Both the position numbers and the translations under genes were made by a program. Under the pieces are notes generated by a model, which saw only the letters and a list, made by a program, of their open reading frames with translations, made no database searches and had not been told where the DNA came from. From positions 224,001 to 288,000 of the forward strand of contig JANRKS010000032.1 of the NCBI GenBank assembly GCA_033763315.1: a stretch of 64,000 bases of DNA. The letters run 5' to 3'. This document shows positions 27,399-38,026 of this stretch, in pieces; the stretch's first letter is position 1; each line of letters begins with the position of its first letter. The DNA comes from Deltaproteobacteria bacterium (GTDB lineage Bacteria > Myxococcota_A > Polyangia > Fen-1088).

Positions 27399-30300
27399 CT
27401 ATCTGACTTGTTCCAAGAGCGCTTCAGCCTCTTTGAGCTTGGGATCTTCTTGGAGGGCGCGCTTGGCGAAAATCAACGCGCGCTGTCGGTCCCCATTTTT
27501 GGCTGCGATTCGTGCCTGGCGGAAGAAGCTCACGGCCACGGGCATGGGTCCGTCTGGGGAATTGAGGCTAATGGCGCGCAACGCCTTGAGCGCGGCATCG
27601 TCATCGCCCAGTGATTCGGCCAAATCAGCCAGTTCCGCAGCCACCACTCCATTGCGCCGATCGGCATCAAGCGCGCGTTTGAGAACGGCCAGTTGATTCT
27701 CAGTGTCGCCCGCCCCACCCGCCGCACGTGCCATGCGGTGGTAAAGCGCGCACACTTCGCCTCCGTCCATGCCGCGTCCATCACCCACCAACCGCTCGAG
27801 CAGTTTATAAGCTTGTGCGTATTGCCCCGTGGCCAGCAACGTGTCGGCCAACAAACGCTGCACGGTGCGATCCTCAGGACGCAACGCAAACGCCTTGTTG
27901 ATCGCATCCACCGCGGCCTCAGGCGCACCATCTTGCAAGAAGATGTCAGCGCCTTCCGTAAGCGCCGCCAATCGCTCCTCTTCGTTGTCCAAGGTTTCGG
28001 CAGCGGCGATGCGCATCTCAGCCACCTTGCGCTTGTTGCCTGACTGTTCGTAAAGGTTACTGAGAATGTTCAACACAGCGGGTTGGCCAGGGTGATCCGC
28101 CAGCACCGCTTCAAGAGATGGCACCGCGTCTGCGGGGCGGCCCAACAATTCACACGCGTGTGCCAAGCCCAAAGCCGCCTCGACACGTGCTTCACCGCTT
28201 TCCATCCCCACCAATCGTTGGCACACCTGCGCCACTTCTTCCCAGCGCTCGTCGCCTTCAAAGCGATTGCGCAAGGCCTGCAGCGCGGCTTTGTCTTCTG
28301 GATGATTGTCCACCCAACGGAAAAGCAACTCCTGCGCCTTTTCGCCGTTGCCTTGCAAGCTGAACACTTCGGCCACGCGAAGCATCGCCTTGCGTTCACC
28401 TTCAACGTCATCGGCATCAGCCGCGCGGGACGCGAGCAAGAACAACGCATCGGTTAACTCTTCGCCCACCTGCACACCCGCGATGGCAAACGCTGCTTCC
28501 AAGTCGGCCACCGCAGCCACAGGGTTGTTGGCCTCAGAATGCAGATCCGCGCGCAAACGATAAAGCCCGACGCGCGCGTCGTCGGTCAAACCAGGCTTCA
28601 ATACCGCCTGCCCAACGACATCCAGCGCTCCGGCGGAATCGCCCATTTCACGTAAGCACGCTGCCAGCTCACGCACTTGTTCAATGTCAGAGGAGCCAAG
28701 CGCGGCCGCTTTTTTCAGCAACTCTGCGGCGCCCGCCTTGTCCAATAACTTTTCCCGGCGCGTGGCCGCCGCCCGGCGCAACAAAGCCGCTGCGTCTTCA
28801 GGGCGCTCCGTTGCACGGCGGGTGGCTTCGGTGTCCATCAAATCCGCCCAAGCGTCCCAGTTTTGTTCGTTTTCAAGCAGCGCTGCCAGACGATCGAAGA
28901 TTTCGGGATTGGCTGGGGCAAGCTTGCGCCCGACGTTCAGCAGACGCCGCTCGGCAGCCGCATCGCCCATGTCACGATACATCGTGGCGATGAACAAAGC
29001 GCGCGTGGCCGCGGCTTCGCCGGTTTCGCCAGCAAGCAGCTCCTCGGCCAAGGCCGCGCGCTCTTCGCGTTCGTCTTCATCGAGAAGATCCAGAAGGCTC
29101 TTCTGCAGGGAAAGCTTCAACGCTGGATCGGGAATGTTCGAGGACAACGCTTGTCGATACACCTGCTTGGCTTGCGCGGGATCGGCTTTGCGCAGCAGAT
29201 CGCCCAACCGCCGGGAGGTCTCCGCTTGCCAATCGGCGTCGCCACGTGACTCGGCTTCGCGAAGTGAATCCGAAAGCAATGCCACCGCTTCGGACACATC
29301 CCCTCGGCGTTCATGTATTTCGGCCAACGCCATCAAGGCTTCTCTGTGCCCAGGCTCTTCGAGCAAGATGTCGCGCAAAACGGAAGCGGCTTCTTGTTCA
29401 TCGCCAGCGTTTTGCATCAGGTGGCGCGCCCACAACAGACGCACGCGGATGCGATCATTGCGATCCAACAGCTTCTCGAGCGTGTCAGACACAACGGTGC
29501 GCAGGTGGTCTTCGTTGCCCAGCTGGCTGTAAAGCTCGATCAGTGGTTGCCACAGCTCTTTGTCGCTCGGGTTGCGTGCGCGCAAGTATTCGTAGACCTC
29601 CGTTGCCAACATGGCGCCATTGGTCTGGTGCGCGGCTTCGCGGGCCACGTCGCGCAGCAAAGCGGGAATGCGCGGGCTGTCTGAGTTCTCGGCCGCTTCT
29701 TTGAGCCACTTGAAGGCGCTTCGCAAATCGCCTGACGCACGTTTGCGTTGGGCAAGATCAAGCAGCGCCCACGCCGCTTCGCGTGCTTGGCCCCGTTGTT
29801 CGGCCAGCAGCACGGCGCGTTCGAGCAGGCGTTCAGCGCGCGCGCTTTCGCCCATCGACAAGGCCAGCTCCACGGCTTCGCTCACTTCTTGTTGGGTGAC
29901 TTCTTTGCCGGCGGCGCGCCGTTCAAGGAAGTCCAGCAGCATGTGGTCGTCGCCTGAGGCGCGCGCCACCCGTTCATAAAGCGGCATGACCCGAGGCAGC
30001 TCATCCTCTGGAACCTGGGCCGCCTGCACGATGGCTTGCGCACGTGCGAAATCAGGCGATTTATCGAGCGCCGCCGACAACGTTTCAAGCCCGATGAGTC
30101 GCGTTTGGGCCGAGCGAAGTTGCAGCTCAGCCAATTTGAAGGAGATCTCTGCCTGCTCGCTCGGGGCTGTGGTGGTCTCGGCCAACTTCGCCAGCTCACG
30201 CAAAGCGCGGCTTTCTTCGGCTTTGTCTTTGCGGCTGGCCGCCACACGCGCGATCGCCACCAACACTTCCAACATGCGGTTGCCGGTCTGTTCGGCGCGC

Positions 30301-33300
30301 GTGTAAAAGGCGGCTGCCTTTTCGAGATCCTTAAGGTCTTCTTCGGCCACCGTGCCCGCGCGCAGCAGCAGCTCGCACACGCGTTCGCCATCGTCGCGGC
30401 GGCGCATTTGATCGAGCGCCTCTTCCACCAAACGTAGATAGCGCCGCGGATCGTTCATGGCCGATGCGATCTGCCGCCCGAGGTTGTGCGCTTCGGCCAA
30501 GTCAGGGGCTTTGTCTAAAGCCAGCGCGATGGCAGCGATCGCTTCTTCTGGACGCGAAAGTTCGTCGAACAAACGCGCCTTGTCGCACATCACCAGCGCT
30601 TCGTCGGCGCCTGTAGATGCGGCCGCCGCGCGACGTTCGATCAAATCTGCCGCGCGATCGATCTCACCACGGCGCACAAACGCCTTTTGCAAGCGGTGCG
30701 CTTCGTCGACGCTTTGGAGGGCCGCCGCCATCGCCGAGTCGAGGCGCTCTGCCGCTGCGGCTTCGTCTCCACGTTTGGCCGCCACAGACGAAAGCCGCAG
30801 CAAAGTCTCCGCCGCAGAGATGGGCGCCACCGCTGGGTCCGATCGGCGGGCCAACACGAGCAACGCTTGGTACGCACGTTCGGCGCGATCGAATGCGCCT
30901 GCCAATTCAGCCGTTTCGGCCAAGTCAACGAGGATGTCTTGCGCGCCTACGTCCATCGCGGCGGCCTGATCCAAGTGCTCGATTGCAGCGTTAAGGTCGT
31001 TGTCCGCGCGCGCCACCAAGGCCAACTGGTGGTGGATCGCGGCGCGCTCTTTTGACCTGCGACGGCCCATCTCTTCCAGCAAAGCTTCAAGGATGGCCCG
31101 CGCTTCGGCGTTGCGGCCCGCCACGCGCAGCCCTTCAGCCAAGCGCGTCCGCACCCAACGGTCGCCAGGGAGACGTTCGACCGCCATTTGCAGTACCGGC
31201 ACGGCGCGTTCTGGTTGCGACAACTTGTCTTGATAGATCGCAGCCGCTTCACGCGCGTACGCCAACACAACTTCGTCGTTGGCATCCGCGTGACAGCCTT
31301 CGGCCAAAGCCTGCGCCAAAGGTTCCCAAGCCTGCGCTTCGCGGTACGTGGCGAGCAGTTGTTCGCGCAACGCATGTGCCCGCGGGGCCTCGGCCAGCGT
31401 GCGTTCCATGCTGCCGATCGCGCGGTGACGTTGGCCACTGGCCAGGTAGGCGTGCGCCAAACGCAAGGTCACGTCCACGCGATCTTTTCCCACGGCGCTG
31501 GTCAGTCGCTGTTCCAGCCAGCCCGCGGCCGCCCGGTGTTCTGCGCGTTCTGTGCATAACCGTGCCAACGAATCCAGCGCTTCCGACGTGGGCGCCAGTG
31601 CCACCATCTTTTCGTAGCTGCTCAAGGCACGTGGCACGTCTTGTAGGTGGCGTTCCGCCAGAACCGCCACGCGACCCCATAGCGGTGCTGCGTTTTGTAC
31701 CTGCCCACGATCTTCAAGTGTCTTGGCCTGCGTGGTGAGTATGTCGGCCAATTCTGTGTATTGACCTTTGGCTGCCAGCAGATCGCCAAGCGCGGTCAAG
31801 GTGCGTTCATCGCCGGGCGCGTCTTCGAGGTTCGCCATCAGCGTGTTCACGCGCGCGCTGCGCGCTTCGATGAGACCAGCCACACGTGACATCTCTAGAC
31901 GCAAAGCCAAGCGCTCGGGCAGCGGCAGATCAAGCGTCAGCTCTCGGCGGCGCAGGGCAATCAGCTCGCTTAGCAAGTCTGCCTCTTCGAGCAGCTCTGC
32001 CAACACGCGCATCGCTTCACGATCATCAGGCGCATCGTCGACGATCACGCGGTAAAGCGATCGTGCGCGCGCCTTGTCGCCCAACGTCTCCAACGCCAAT
32101 TTGGCGGCCTTGCGCCGCAGCCCTCGCACCAACGCCGTGGGCAATGGCCAGCCGCTCAACTCCACCTGCAGATTCACGGCACGCAGGGCATCGGCTTTGC
32201 TCCCGCTGCTCAACCACAGCGAAGTCAGCGCGCTTGTGGATTGTTCCACCGCGGTGCCCACGTCAACTTTGCCAGCCGGCGTAGCGTCAGTGCGCATGAG
32301 GTGCGACGCTTGTGCCAACAGCGCCAAGGCGCGCTGGGTGATCAGCGCGGCGTCGGCCAACGGATCTTGGGCCACACGCAAGGCTTCGCTGCCTGCATCA
32401 AGGGACTCAGGCGCCAACGTCATCAGGTGGCAAAGCGTGGCGAACAGGGGCTTGCCCGGTTGCTTGCGCTGGGTTTGCGCCAAGCGCTCCCACGTGGGCG
32501 TGTGCGTGGGGCTTTGCTTTGCGGCCCGCACCAACGCGGCTTCCATGCGCGCCTGTGCTTCGGGCGCGTGCGTTTCACACCAAGCCGCAATTTGCAGTTC
32601 AAGATCGCGCGCCAACGCTTCGGGCAAGCCCGTGCGTTTGGCCAACGCTTCTGCCAGCGCATCACAGGCGGGCAGCCAGGCACCGGCGTTCTTGATCGCG
32701 GCCTCGAACGCCGGCAACAACAAACCTTTCACAACCTCCGTGGAGGCGGGCGTGCGCAACATGGCTTCCGCCGCCACGGCCCATTGCTCAAGCCCTCCGG
32801 CCACGCGCACCACCGCCAACTTGACCGCGGTGCGGTCGGGAGCGAGGCTCAGTGCCGCTTGGTAAGCGGCCAACGCCGCCGGCGCATCGTGCGCTTTGTT
32901 TTCAAGGCAATCGCCTTGCGCCAGCCGCAGATTCAACTTGCGTGATTCGCCGTCGCTCAAGGCGGACGCGGCCTTGCCCAAGACATCTGCCGCGGCCTTC
33001 CACGACTCGGAGCTATCGCAAAGACGCAAAAGCTCGATCTCTAGGTGCGCGTTGTGGGGTGTGAGCACCAACGCTTCGCCCAACAGGGCGCGCGCCGTGG
33101 CATCATCGTGTTCCGTGCTTTGCACCCGCGACGCAAGCTCTGCCAGTACACGAGATTTGCTGGCCGGATCGGCGAGCACATTCAGGCGCTTGTCGGTCAG
33201 CGCGAGCAAAGCCGGCACTTCGCCAGCCACATCGAAGGCGCGGGCCAGCGCCGCCACGGCCGTGCGGCTGGCCAGTGGGTTTTCGAGCAGCGCCTGCAAG

Positions 33301-35246
33301 CCCGCACGCGCGCCGGCTTCCTTGTGGTCCAGCTGCAAAGCCACGGCGTAGGCTTCGGCGGCCTCACGGGGGCGTTCAAGGTGTAAAGACAGCACGTCGC
33401 CCAGCTGCACATAAGCGTTCACAGAACGCACGTGGTCTTGCTTTGCGATGCCGCCCAAGCGATCGGCCAAGGCGTCCCACTGCTCTTGTTGCGTGTAAAG
33501 CTCGATCAGGCTCTCGGCGGTTTCGACGCTCACGCCAAATCGACGCTCGATCTCAAGCCACGTTTCCGTGGCGTCGGCTTTGCGATCAAGGGCGTCTTCG
33601 TAAACATGCGCCAGCTGCGCCAGATCGTTGCGCTTGGCTTCGTTGTTTTGCGACAGTTCGGCGCGCGCACGCAGAACTTCGGTGAGCCGTTCCCACTGTT
33701 TGGCTTCCACCAAACCGGTCACCAAAGCGTCAAGCGCGTCGGTATCAGTGGACGACAGCGCCAACCGCGCTTCCCACGCGGCCAAGGCGCGCGGCAGATC
33801 ATTGAGCGCAGTGGCAAGCTTTGCGGCGGTGCCCCAAGCCGCTTGTTTTTCCGCAAGCTCAGGCGCCATCTTGGCCAACGTCTCAAGGGCGGCCAACCGA
33901 CGCGCGGGCTCCCCGTAGCGAGCCAAAAGCTTCGTCAAGCGTCGCAGCGCTGTGAGGTGGTGGCCCTGATCGGCGCCCGCGTCCTCGGTCACTCGTTGCA
34001 ACAGCGTGATCGCTTCGCTGTGCCGGCCGCGCACATCGTCTTCCACGCGCGCGGCTTCCAGCAGCAGCGCGGCCCGCAAATTGTCGTCGGTGCTCGACTG
34101 TGCGGCAGCCAACAGGCCTTGCACGTAGACATCGAATCGTTCCGCCACTTCGGCCAGCTGCCGCAAGCGCACACGTGCAGGCGCGTCGGTGGGGCTAAGC
34201 GACAACAATTCAACCAACCGCTCCATGGCGGCCACGTTGTAGTCCTGCGCCGTCAATCGCTCAGAGGCTTCGCGCAGCAGCCGCAGCTTCTCTTCGCCTG
34301 AAGCAAACTCATGGGCCGTCTCAAGCGCCTCCACAATGCGGGCTTTTTCACCCAGCCGCTCGTAGTCGTTGCGCAACAACGCCAGCGCCGTTTGGCGCTG
34401 CTCAGGCGCAGCGTCAGGCATCTTCAAAATGCGTTCAAGCACTTTGCACGCGGCATCGTCTTCGCGCGCCTTAAGCAGCTGCTGCGCATCGAGCAGCGCC
34501 CCGGCGACGTTGCCCAAATGATCCAGGCGCAAGTTCGCGAGGCGTGCGCGCATCTCGTGTTGTTCCGCGCCCACGAGCGTGTCTAGGCGGGCCACCCACA
34601 ACGTTTGCAGATCTTCCCAACGTTGTTCTTTGTCGAGCAGACGTTCCAGCGAGGCCGCCAAATGCGGATCGTTAGGGCGGCTGCGAAACAATTCATTGAG
34701 GTATCCGATCGCGCGATCCGCGCTGCCCAAAAAGTCTTTCGCAACACCGGCGGCTTCTTCCAGAAGCTTGCGGCGGCGCGGGCTCTCTTTGAGGCCTTTG
34801 AGCAGCTGGTCGTAAACGCTGAGCAGCTCCTCCCAGCGTTGGGACACCGACAGCAACAAGGTCAGCCGTTCGGCGGCCCATTCAAGCTCCGGCGCCTTTA
34901 GCAGCAAGCTGCGCAGCAGCTCGATGATCTCATCAGGTGTATCGCCAAACCATTCTTCGTAAAACGAAAGCGCGCGTTTGCCAAGCGTGTCGGCCACCTC
35001 AACGCTGGCCGTTTTGAGCACTTGCCGGTAAAGCTCGGCGACGTCTTCAGGACGTTGGCGGGCGGCCGCAAGATCTTCAAGCGCGTCCCAGGCGGTGTCG
35101 TCTGTGGGATGCGTGGCCGCGCGGTTTATCGCGGCTGCCAATGCATCGTTTTCAGGACCAGCGGCGCGGGTCATTTCGTCAGAAGGGGCCATCTTGGAAT
35201 CCTTGGAATCCGTGGAGCGCGATGTTCGAGGGTCTGTGAACGTCAT
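27399..35246 (-). CDS. Giant tetratricopeptide-repeat protein (AgmK-like alpha-solenoid)
   Basis: 2615-aa uninterrupted Ala/Leu/Glu/Arg-rich ORF with recurring 'W..L..L' and 'AL..L..L' TPR-like units; resembles myxobacterial gliding-motility TPR proteins. Confidence 0.85.
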   Translation of the reverse strand: MTFTDPRTSRSTDSKDSKMAPSDEMTRAAGPENDALAAAINRAATHPTDDTAWDALEDLAAARQRPEDVAELYRQVLKTASVEVADTLGKRALSFYEEWFGDTPDEIIELLRSLLLKAPELEWAAERLTLLLSVSQRWEELLSVYDQLLKGLKESPRRRKLLEEAAGVAKDFLGSADRAIGYLNELFRSRPNDPHLAASLERLLDKEQRWEDLQTLWVARLDTLVGAEQHEMRARLANLRLDHLGNVAGALLDAQQLLKAREDDAACKVLERILKMPDAAPEQRQTALALLRNDYERLGEKARIVEALETAHEFASGEEKLRLLREASERLTAQDYNVAAMERLVELLSLSPTDAPARVRLRQLAEVAERFDVYVQGLLAAAQSSTDDNLRAALLLEAARVEDDVRGRHSEAITLLQRVTEDAGADQGHHLTALRRLTKLLARYGEPARRLAALETLAKMAPELAEKQAAWGTAAKLATALNDLPRALAAWEARLALSSTDTDALDALVTGLVEAKQWERLTEVLRARAELSQNNEAKRNDLAQLAHVYEDALDRKADATETWLEIERRFGVSVETAESLIELYTQQEQWDALADRLGGIAKQDHVRSVNAYVQLGDVLSLHLERPREAAEAYAVALQLDHKEAGARAGLQALLENPLASRTAVAALARAFDVAGEVPALLALTDKRLNVLADPASKSRVLAELASRVQSTEHDDATARALLGEALVLTPHNAHLEIELLRLCDSSESWKAAADVLGKAASALSDGESRKLNLRLAQGDCLENKAHDAPAALAAYQAALSLAPDRTAVKLAVVRVAGGLEQWAVAAEAMLRTPASTEVVKGLLLPAFEAAIKNAGAWLPACDALAEALAKRTGLPEALARDLELQIAAWCETHAPEAQARMEAALVRAAKQSPTHTPTWERLAQTQRKQPGKPLFATLCHLMTLAPESLDAGSEALRVAQDPLADAALITQRALALLAQASHLMRTDATPAGKVDVGTAVEQSTSALTSLWLSSGSKADALRAVNLQVELSGWPLPTALVRGLRRKAAKLALETLGDKARARSLYRVIVDDAPDDREAMRVLAELLEEADLLSELIALRRRELTLDLPLPERLALRLEMSRVAGLIEARSARVNTLMANLEDAPGDERTLTALGDLLAAKGQYTELADILTTQAKTLEDRGQVQNAAPLWGRVAVLAERHLQDVPRALSSYEKMVALAPTSEALDSLARLCTERAEHRAAAGWLEQRLTSAVGKDRVDVTLRLAHAYLASGQRHRAIGSMERTLAEAPRAHALREQLLATYREAQAWEPLAQALAEGCHADANDEVVLAYAREAAAIYQDKLSQPERAVPVLQMAVERLPGDRWVRTRLAEGLRVAGRNAEARAILEALLEEMGRRRSKERAAIHHQLALVARADNDLNAAIEHLDQAAAMDVGAQDILVDLAETAELAGAFDRAERAYQALLVLARRSDPAVAPISAAETLLRLSSVAAKRGDEAAAAERLDSAMAAALQSVDEAHRLQKAFVRRGEIDRAADLIERRAAAASTGADEALVMCDKARLFDELSRPEEAIAAIALALDKAPDLAEAHNLGRQIASAMNDPRRYLRLVEEALDQMRRRDDGERVCELLLRAGTVAEEDLKDLEKAAAFYTRAEQTGNRMLEVLVAIARVAASRKDKAEESRALRELAKLAETTTAPSEQAEISFKLAELQLRSAQTRLIGLETLSAALDKSPDFARAQAIVQAAQVPEDELPRVMPLYERVARASGDDHMLLDFLERRAAGKEVTQQEVSEAVELALSMGESARAERLLERAVLLAEQRGQAREAAWALLDLAQRKRASGDLRSAFKWLKEAAENSDSPRIPALLRDVAREAAHQTNGAMLATEVYEYLRARNPSDKELWQPLIELYSQLGNEDHLRTVVSDTLEKLLDRNDRIRVRLLWARHLMQNAGDEQEAASVLRDILLEEPGHREALMALAEIHERRGDVSEAVALLSDSLREAESRGDADWQAETSRRLGDLLRKADPAQAKQVYRQALSSNIPDPALKLSLQKSLLDLLDEDEREERAALAEELLAGETGEAAATRALFIATMYRDMGDAAAERRLLNVGRKLAPANPEIFDRLAALLENEQNWDAWADLMDTEATRRATERPEDAAALLRRAAATRREKLLDKAGAAELLKKAAALGSSDIEQVRELAACLREMGDSAGALDVVGQAVLKPGLTDDARVGLYRLRADLHSEANNPVAAVADLEAAFAIAGVQVGEELTDALFLLASRAADADDVEGERKAMLRVAEVFSLQGNGEKAQELLFRWVDNHPEDKAALQALRNRFEGDERWEEVAQVCQRLVGMESGEARVEAALGLAHACELLGRPADAVPSLEAVLADHPGQPAVLNILSNLYEQSGNKRKVAEMRIAAAETLDNEEERLAALTEGADIFLQDGAPEAAVDAINKAFALRPEDRTVQRLLADTLLATGQYAQAYKLLERLVGDGRGMDGGEVCALYHRMARAAGGAGDTENQLAVLKRALDADRRNGVVAAELADLAESLGDDDAALKALRAISLNSPDGPMPVAVSFFRQARIAAKNGDRQRALIFAKRALQEDPKLKEAEALLEQVR

Positions 35247-35463
35247 GGGGCGCCCCTACGCATCGGCAGCTTGTTGGTGAGACTGAGCTGAACAACGCGC
35301 GCGACATCCCTAACCGTTTCGCCCCCTTGCCGCGGAAAAAAACGTGGCGCAGGGCCCACCAGTTTGCCGCTAGATGCCGCGCACCACAACAACAGGCGTG
35401 CGCAATTGTCGGATGTTCAGTATCGCTTGACGCTGCCATCTTAGGCCCCCAATCTGTTGGGTC

Positions 35464-35952
35464 GTGGCTCCGAAGACTCCCTCAACCGCCGCTGGCACCC
35501 CAATCAAGGTGTTGGGTCGCAACAAACGCGCTCGCCACGACTACCACGTGGAGGAAACGATTGAAGCGGGTTTGGTTTTGGTGGGCAGCGAGGTCAAATC
35601 GTTACGCGATGGCAAGGTGAACCTCACCGATGCCTTTGCCGATTTCTCCAAAGGGGAGGCGTGGCTGCACCAAATGGACGTGTCGACGTACAACTGGGCC
35701 CACACCCGAAACCACGAGGCGCGGCGGCGGCGCAAGTTGCTGATGCACCGGCGCGAGTTGGATCGTCTTGACGGCAAGCTTCGACAAAAGGGCTTCACGC
35801 TGGTGCCGCTTTCAATCTATGAAAAAGAGGGCCGGATGAAGGTGGAGCTGGCCCTCGTTTCAGGCAAGCAGGACTGGGATCGCCGCGAGGACATGAAAAA
35901 GCGCGACGCCAGCCGCGAAATCGATCGCGCGATGTCGTCTCGGCGACGGTAA
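35464..35952 (+). CDS. smpB: SsrA-binding protein
   Basis: NKRARHDY..EAGLVLVGSEVKSLR, RRRKLLMHRRE, GFTLVPL and DRREDMKKRD. Confidence 0.97.
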   Translation: MAPKTPSTAAGTPIKVLGRNKRARHDYHVEETIEAGLVLVGSEVKSLRDGKVNLTDAFADFSKGEAWLHQMDVSTYNWAHTRNHEARRRRKLLMHRRELDRLDGKLRQKGFTLVPLSIYEKEGRMKVELALVSGKQDWDRREDMKKRDASREIDRAMSSRRR

Positions 35953-36009
35953 CGAGCCCTCGTTTTAGGCCCGCCCGGATCCTGCCGATGGTAGGGGAGG
36001 ACCGTGTTT

Positions 36010-37170
36010 ATGCGCCCTTTTGCGCCCCTCCTTCTCGTTCTGGTGGCTTGTGGTCGTTTGGGTGTGGAATCCCTGGCCGTGGGCGACGCATCCACGGACG
36101 CAGAGCTTGGGCGAGGCTCGCGGGGAGAGCCCGGCGACGATGGCGGCGTGTTTGATTTGGACGGCTTTACGCCCGTGCCTAACGCGGACGACGACGCCGC
36201 CGCGCCCGCTGGCGGTGGGTCGTTCGGCAGTGGAGGCTCCTCTGGAGCCGGCGGCGCTGTGGCCACGGGAGGCACGCCGGGCACGGGCGGTATGAGCGCC
36301 ACGGGAGGTTCGCCGGGCACAGGAGGCATGAGCGCCACGGGAGGCGCGCCCGGCACAGGTGGGGTGGCTGCCACAGGAGGCACCCCTGGAACAGGCGGGG
36401 TGGCCGCCACGGGAGGCACGCCCGGCACAGGCGGAGTGGTGGCCACGGGAGGCACGCCCGGCACGGGTGGCGTGGTTTCGGCGGCGCCATCGGCAGCCAT
36501 CGCTTCGTATTACGGCTCTTGGATCGGCTCAGCCCGCAACGCCAGCCTGACCTACCCGGTGGAGATCGCCGTCGTCGACCGCAACCCCAACGAAAAGCTT
36601 GGCCTGTTTCACATCCCCTCGTTTGACTGCGGCGGCATCACGACGCTAAGCACCTTAGGCACCACGCTGGTCTACAAAGAGACGCTGCTGTTCGACGCGC
36701 GCTCAAATTGTGGACCGGCCGGTACCACAACGTTAACACCCACCGGCTCGGGCACGTTGGACTACGCGTTCTTCGATGGCAAGAAGACGGACCGCGGCTC
36801 ATTGGCCCGGCGGGCCGGCTACATAGGCCCCAGCCCCACCTCGTGGCTCAACGTAAGCTCGCTGTGGAGCGGCTCCACAACGAACCTCAACCCCGGTGGG
36901 GTGCAGACCGTGTATGTGGCGCTGTTTCCGACGAAGGTAGGAAACATTGGGGGGCACGTGGTTTATCCCAGCAAGCGCTGCGGCGGCACGTTGACGCTCA
37001 CCGGGGTTAACGGGCAAACGTTGACGTACGTGGAGAAGCTGTCGCACGCGATCGCAAGTTGCACGGATGGCAACACCGTGACGGCCACGTCGAACGGCGC
37101 CGGGTTGACGTACACGTGGTCGGCAGGCACGGGCGCCAGCGGCTCGGGTACCTTAAGTCTGTTCAAATAG
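36010..37170 (+). CDS. Lipoprotein with 12-aa Gly/Thr tandem-repeat stalk and duplicated C-terminal beta domain
   Basis: GGAGG SD and lipobox LVAC; two related units (WIGS..PSFDCGG..LVYKE..C and WSGS..PSKRCGG..LTYVE..C). Confidence 0.75.
   Translation: MRPFAPLLLVLVACGRLGVESLAVGDASTDAELGRGSRGEPGDDGGVFDLDGFTPVPNADDDAAAPAGGGSFGSGGSSGAGGAVATGGTPGTGGMSATGGSPGTGGMSATGGAPGTGGVAATGGTPGTGGVAATGGTPGTGGVVATGGTPGTGGVVSAAPSAAIASYYGSWIGSARNASLTYPVEIAVVDRNPNEKLGLFHIPSFDCGGITTLSTLGTTLVYKETLLFDARSNCGPAGTTTLTPTGSGTLDYAFFDGKKTDRGSLARRAGYIGPSPTSWLNVSSLWSGSTTNLNPGGVQTVYVALFPTKVGNIGGHVVYPSKRCGGTLTLTGVNGQTLTYVEKLSHAIASCTDGNTVTATSNGAGLTYTWSAGTGASGSGTLSLFK
36256..36471 (+). repeat. 6 x 36-bp coding tandem repeat (xxATGGxPGTGG)
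   Basis: Units AVATGGTPGTGG, MSATGGSPGTGG, MSATGGAPGTGG, VAATGGTPGTGG (x2) and VVATGGTPGTGG. Confidence 0.92.
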
Positions 37171-37172
37171 CG

Positions 37173-37526
37173 TTAGGCAAGCTGCAGCCCGCAGTCGGGG
37201 CAAGCGCCGTCTTGCAACGCGGCCGTCGAAGCGCACGCAGGGCAGGGGGGCTCGCCATCTGTGGCCGCGCCCGTGGCCACGAAGGTGCCTTCACGTTCAA
37301 GCGCTTGGTTCCATTCGTGTTGCATAAGCGCGGCGACCCGCGGCACTTCCGCGGGTGGCACGACCAGATGAATCTTCGGACCGCAACCGCAGCCACCACC
37401 CGTGTCACACGCTTCTTGCGCCCACAACGCGGCTTCAATGCCCTGCGCTTCGCAGGCCTGCAGCAAGCGCTTGAGATCGGTTAACGGGCCCGACATACAC
37501 GGCACCCAATCAGCTCTGTCAGTCAC
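37173..37526 (-). CDS. Small hypothetical protein with C-terminal zinc ribbon (DUF2007-like)
   Basis: CDTGGGCGC motif and CPAC..CPDCGL. Confidence 0.75.
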   Translation of the reverse strand: MTDRADWVPCMSGPLTDLKRLLQACEAQGIEAALWAQEACDTGGGCGCGPKIHLVVPPAEVPRVAALMQHEWNQALEREGTFVATGAATDGEPPCPACASTAALQDGACPDCGLQLA

Positions 37527-37552
37527 ATGCTGATGGTAGCACCGCGCGTTCG

Positions 37553-37585
37553 AAACGAAAAAGCCACAGCGCAGGCCGTGGCTTC
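37553..37585 (-). terminator. Rho-independent terminator of the CBS gene
   Basis: On the minus strand, stem AAGCCAC/GTGGCTT followed by TTTCGTTT. Confidence 0.7.
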
Positions 37586-37603
37586 GGTGGCAGCGGTGCT
37601 GGC

Positions 37604-38026
37604 TTAAGCGGCGCGCAGGCCGTTGGCGGTCACCTTCTTCGCTGCCTTCAAGGCGGCCGCGGTGAAGGGCGCGTCCATCGCAAACAACAGCCCGAGGAAC
37701 TGGCCACCGTCGTCGATCACGGCGATCGAGCTTGTTCCGTAGTGAGACAACGTCGCTTCAGCGTCGCCCAAGGCATCCGTGGGGCGGCAGCTTGGCGCTT
37801 TGCGCGCCATCACGTCTTCGATCGACATCGCGTGCGAAGCGGTTGACCAACGACGAAGTGCGCCGCGCGCGGCATCGGCCGCCACCATGCCCACCAAACG
37901 TCCCTGGCGGCTCACGACCGGCAAGCTATCCAGTCGATGGTCCATCATCTTCCGCAACGCCGTCTCCACAGAGTCTGTGGGGCGGCACACTGGCACCTTA
38001 CGATTCATCACCTTGTCGACGTTCAT
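37604..38026 (-). CDS. CBS domain-pair protein
   Basis: VDKVMNRKV..LPVVSRQGRLVGMV and IEDVMARK..AVIDDGGQFLGLL; AAGGA SD. Confidence 0.9.
   Translation of the reverse strand: MNVDKVMNRKVPVCRPTDSVETALRKMMDHRLDSLPVVSRQGRLVGMVAADAARGALRRWSTASHAMSIEDVMARKAPSCRPTDALGDAEATLSHYGTSSIAVIDDGGQFLGLLFAMDAPFTAAALKAAKKVTANGLRAA

Noticed and set aside
27530-35080. Many 100-290 aa ORFs antisense or off-frame within the giant TPR gene and other genes
   Set aside because: These are shadow ORFs expected in high-GC coding DNA; they carry no motifs.
35247-36003. tmRNA (ssrA) beside smpB
   Set aside because: The flanks are too short and lack the GGGG..TCCACCA ends and a tag ORF.
36256-36471. 36-bp periodic repeat as a CRISPR array
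   Set aside because: The units are contiguous with no spacers, in frame within a gene, and there are no cas genes.
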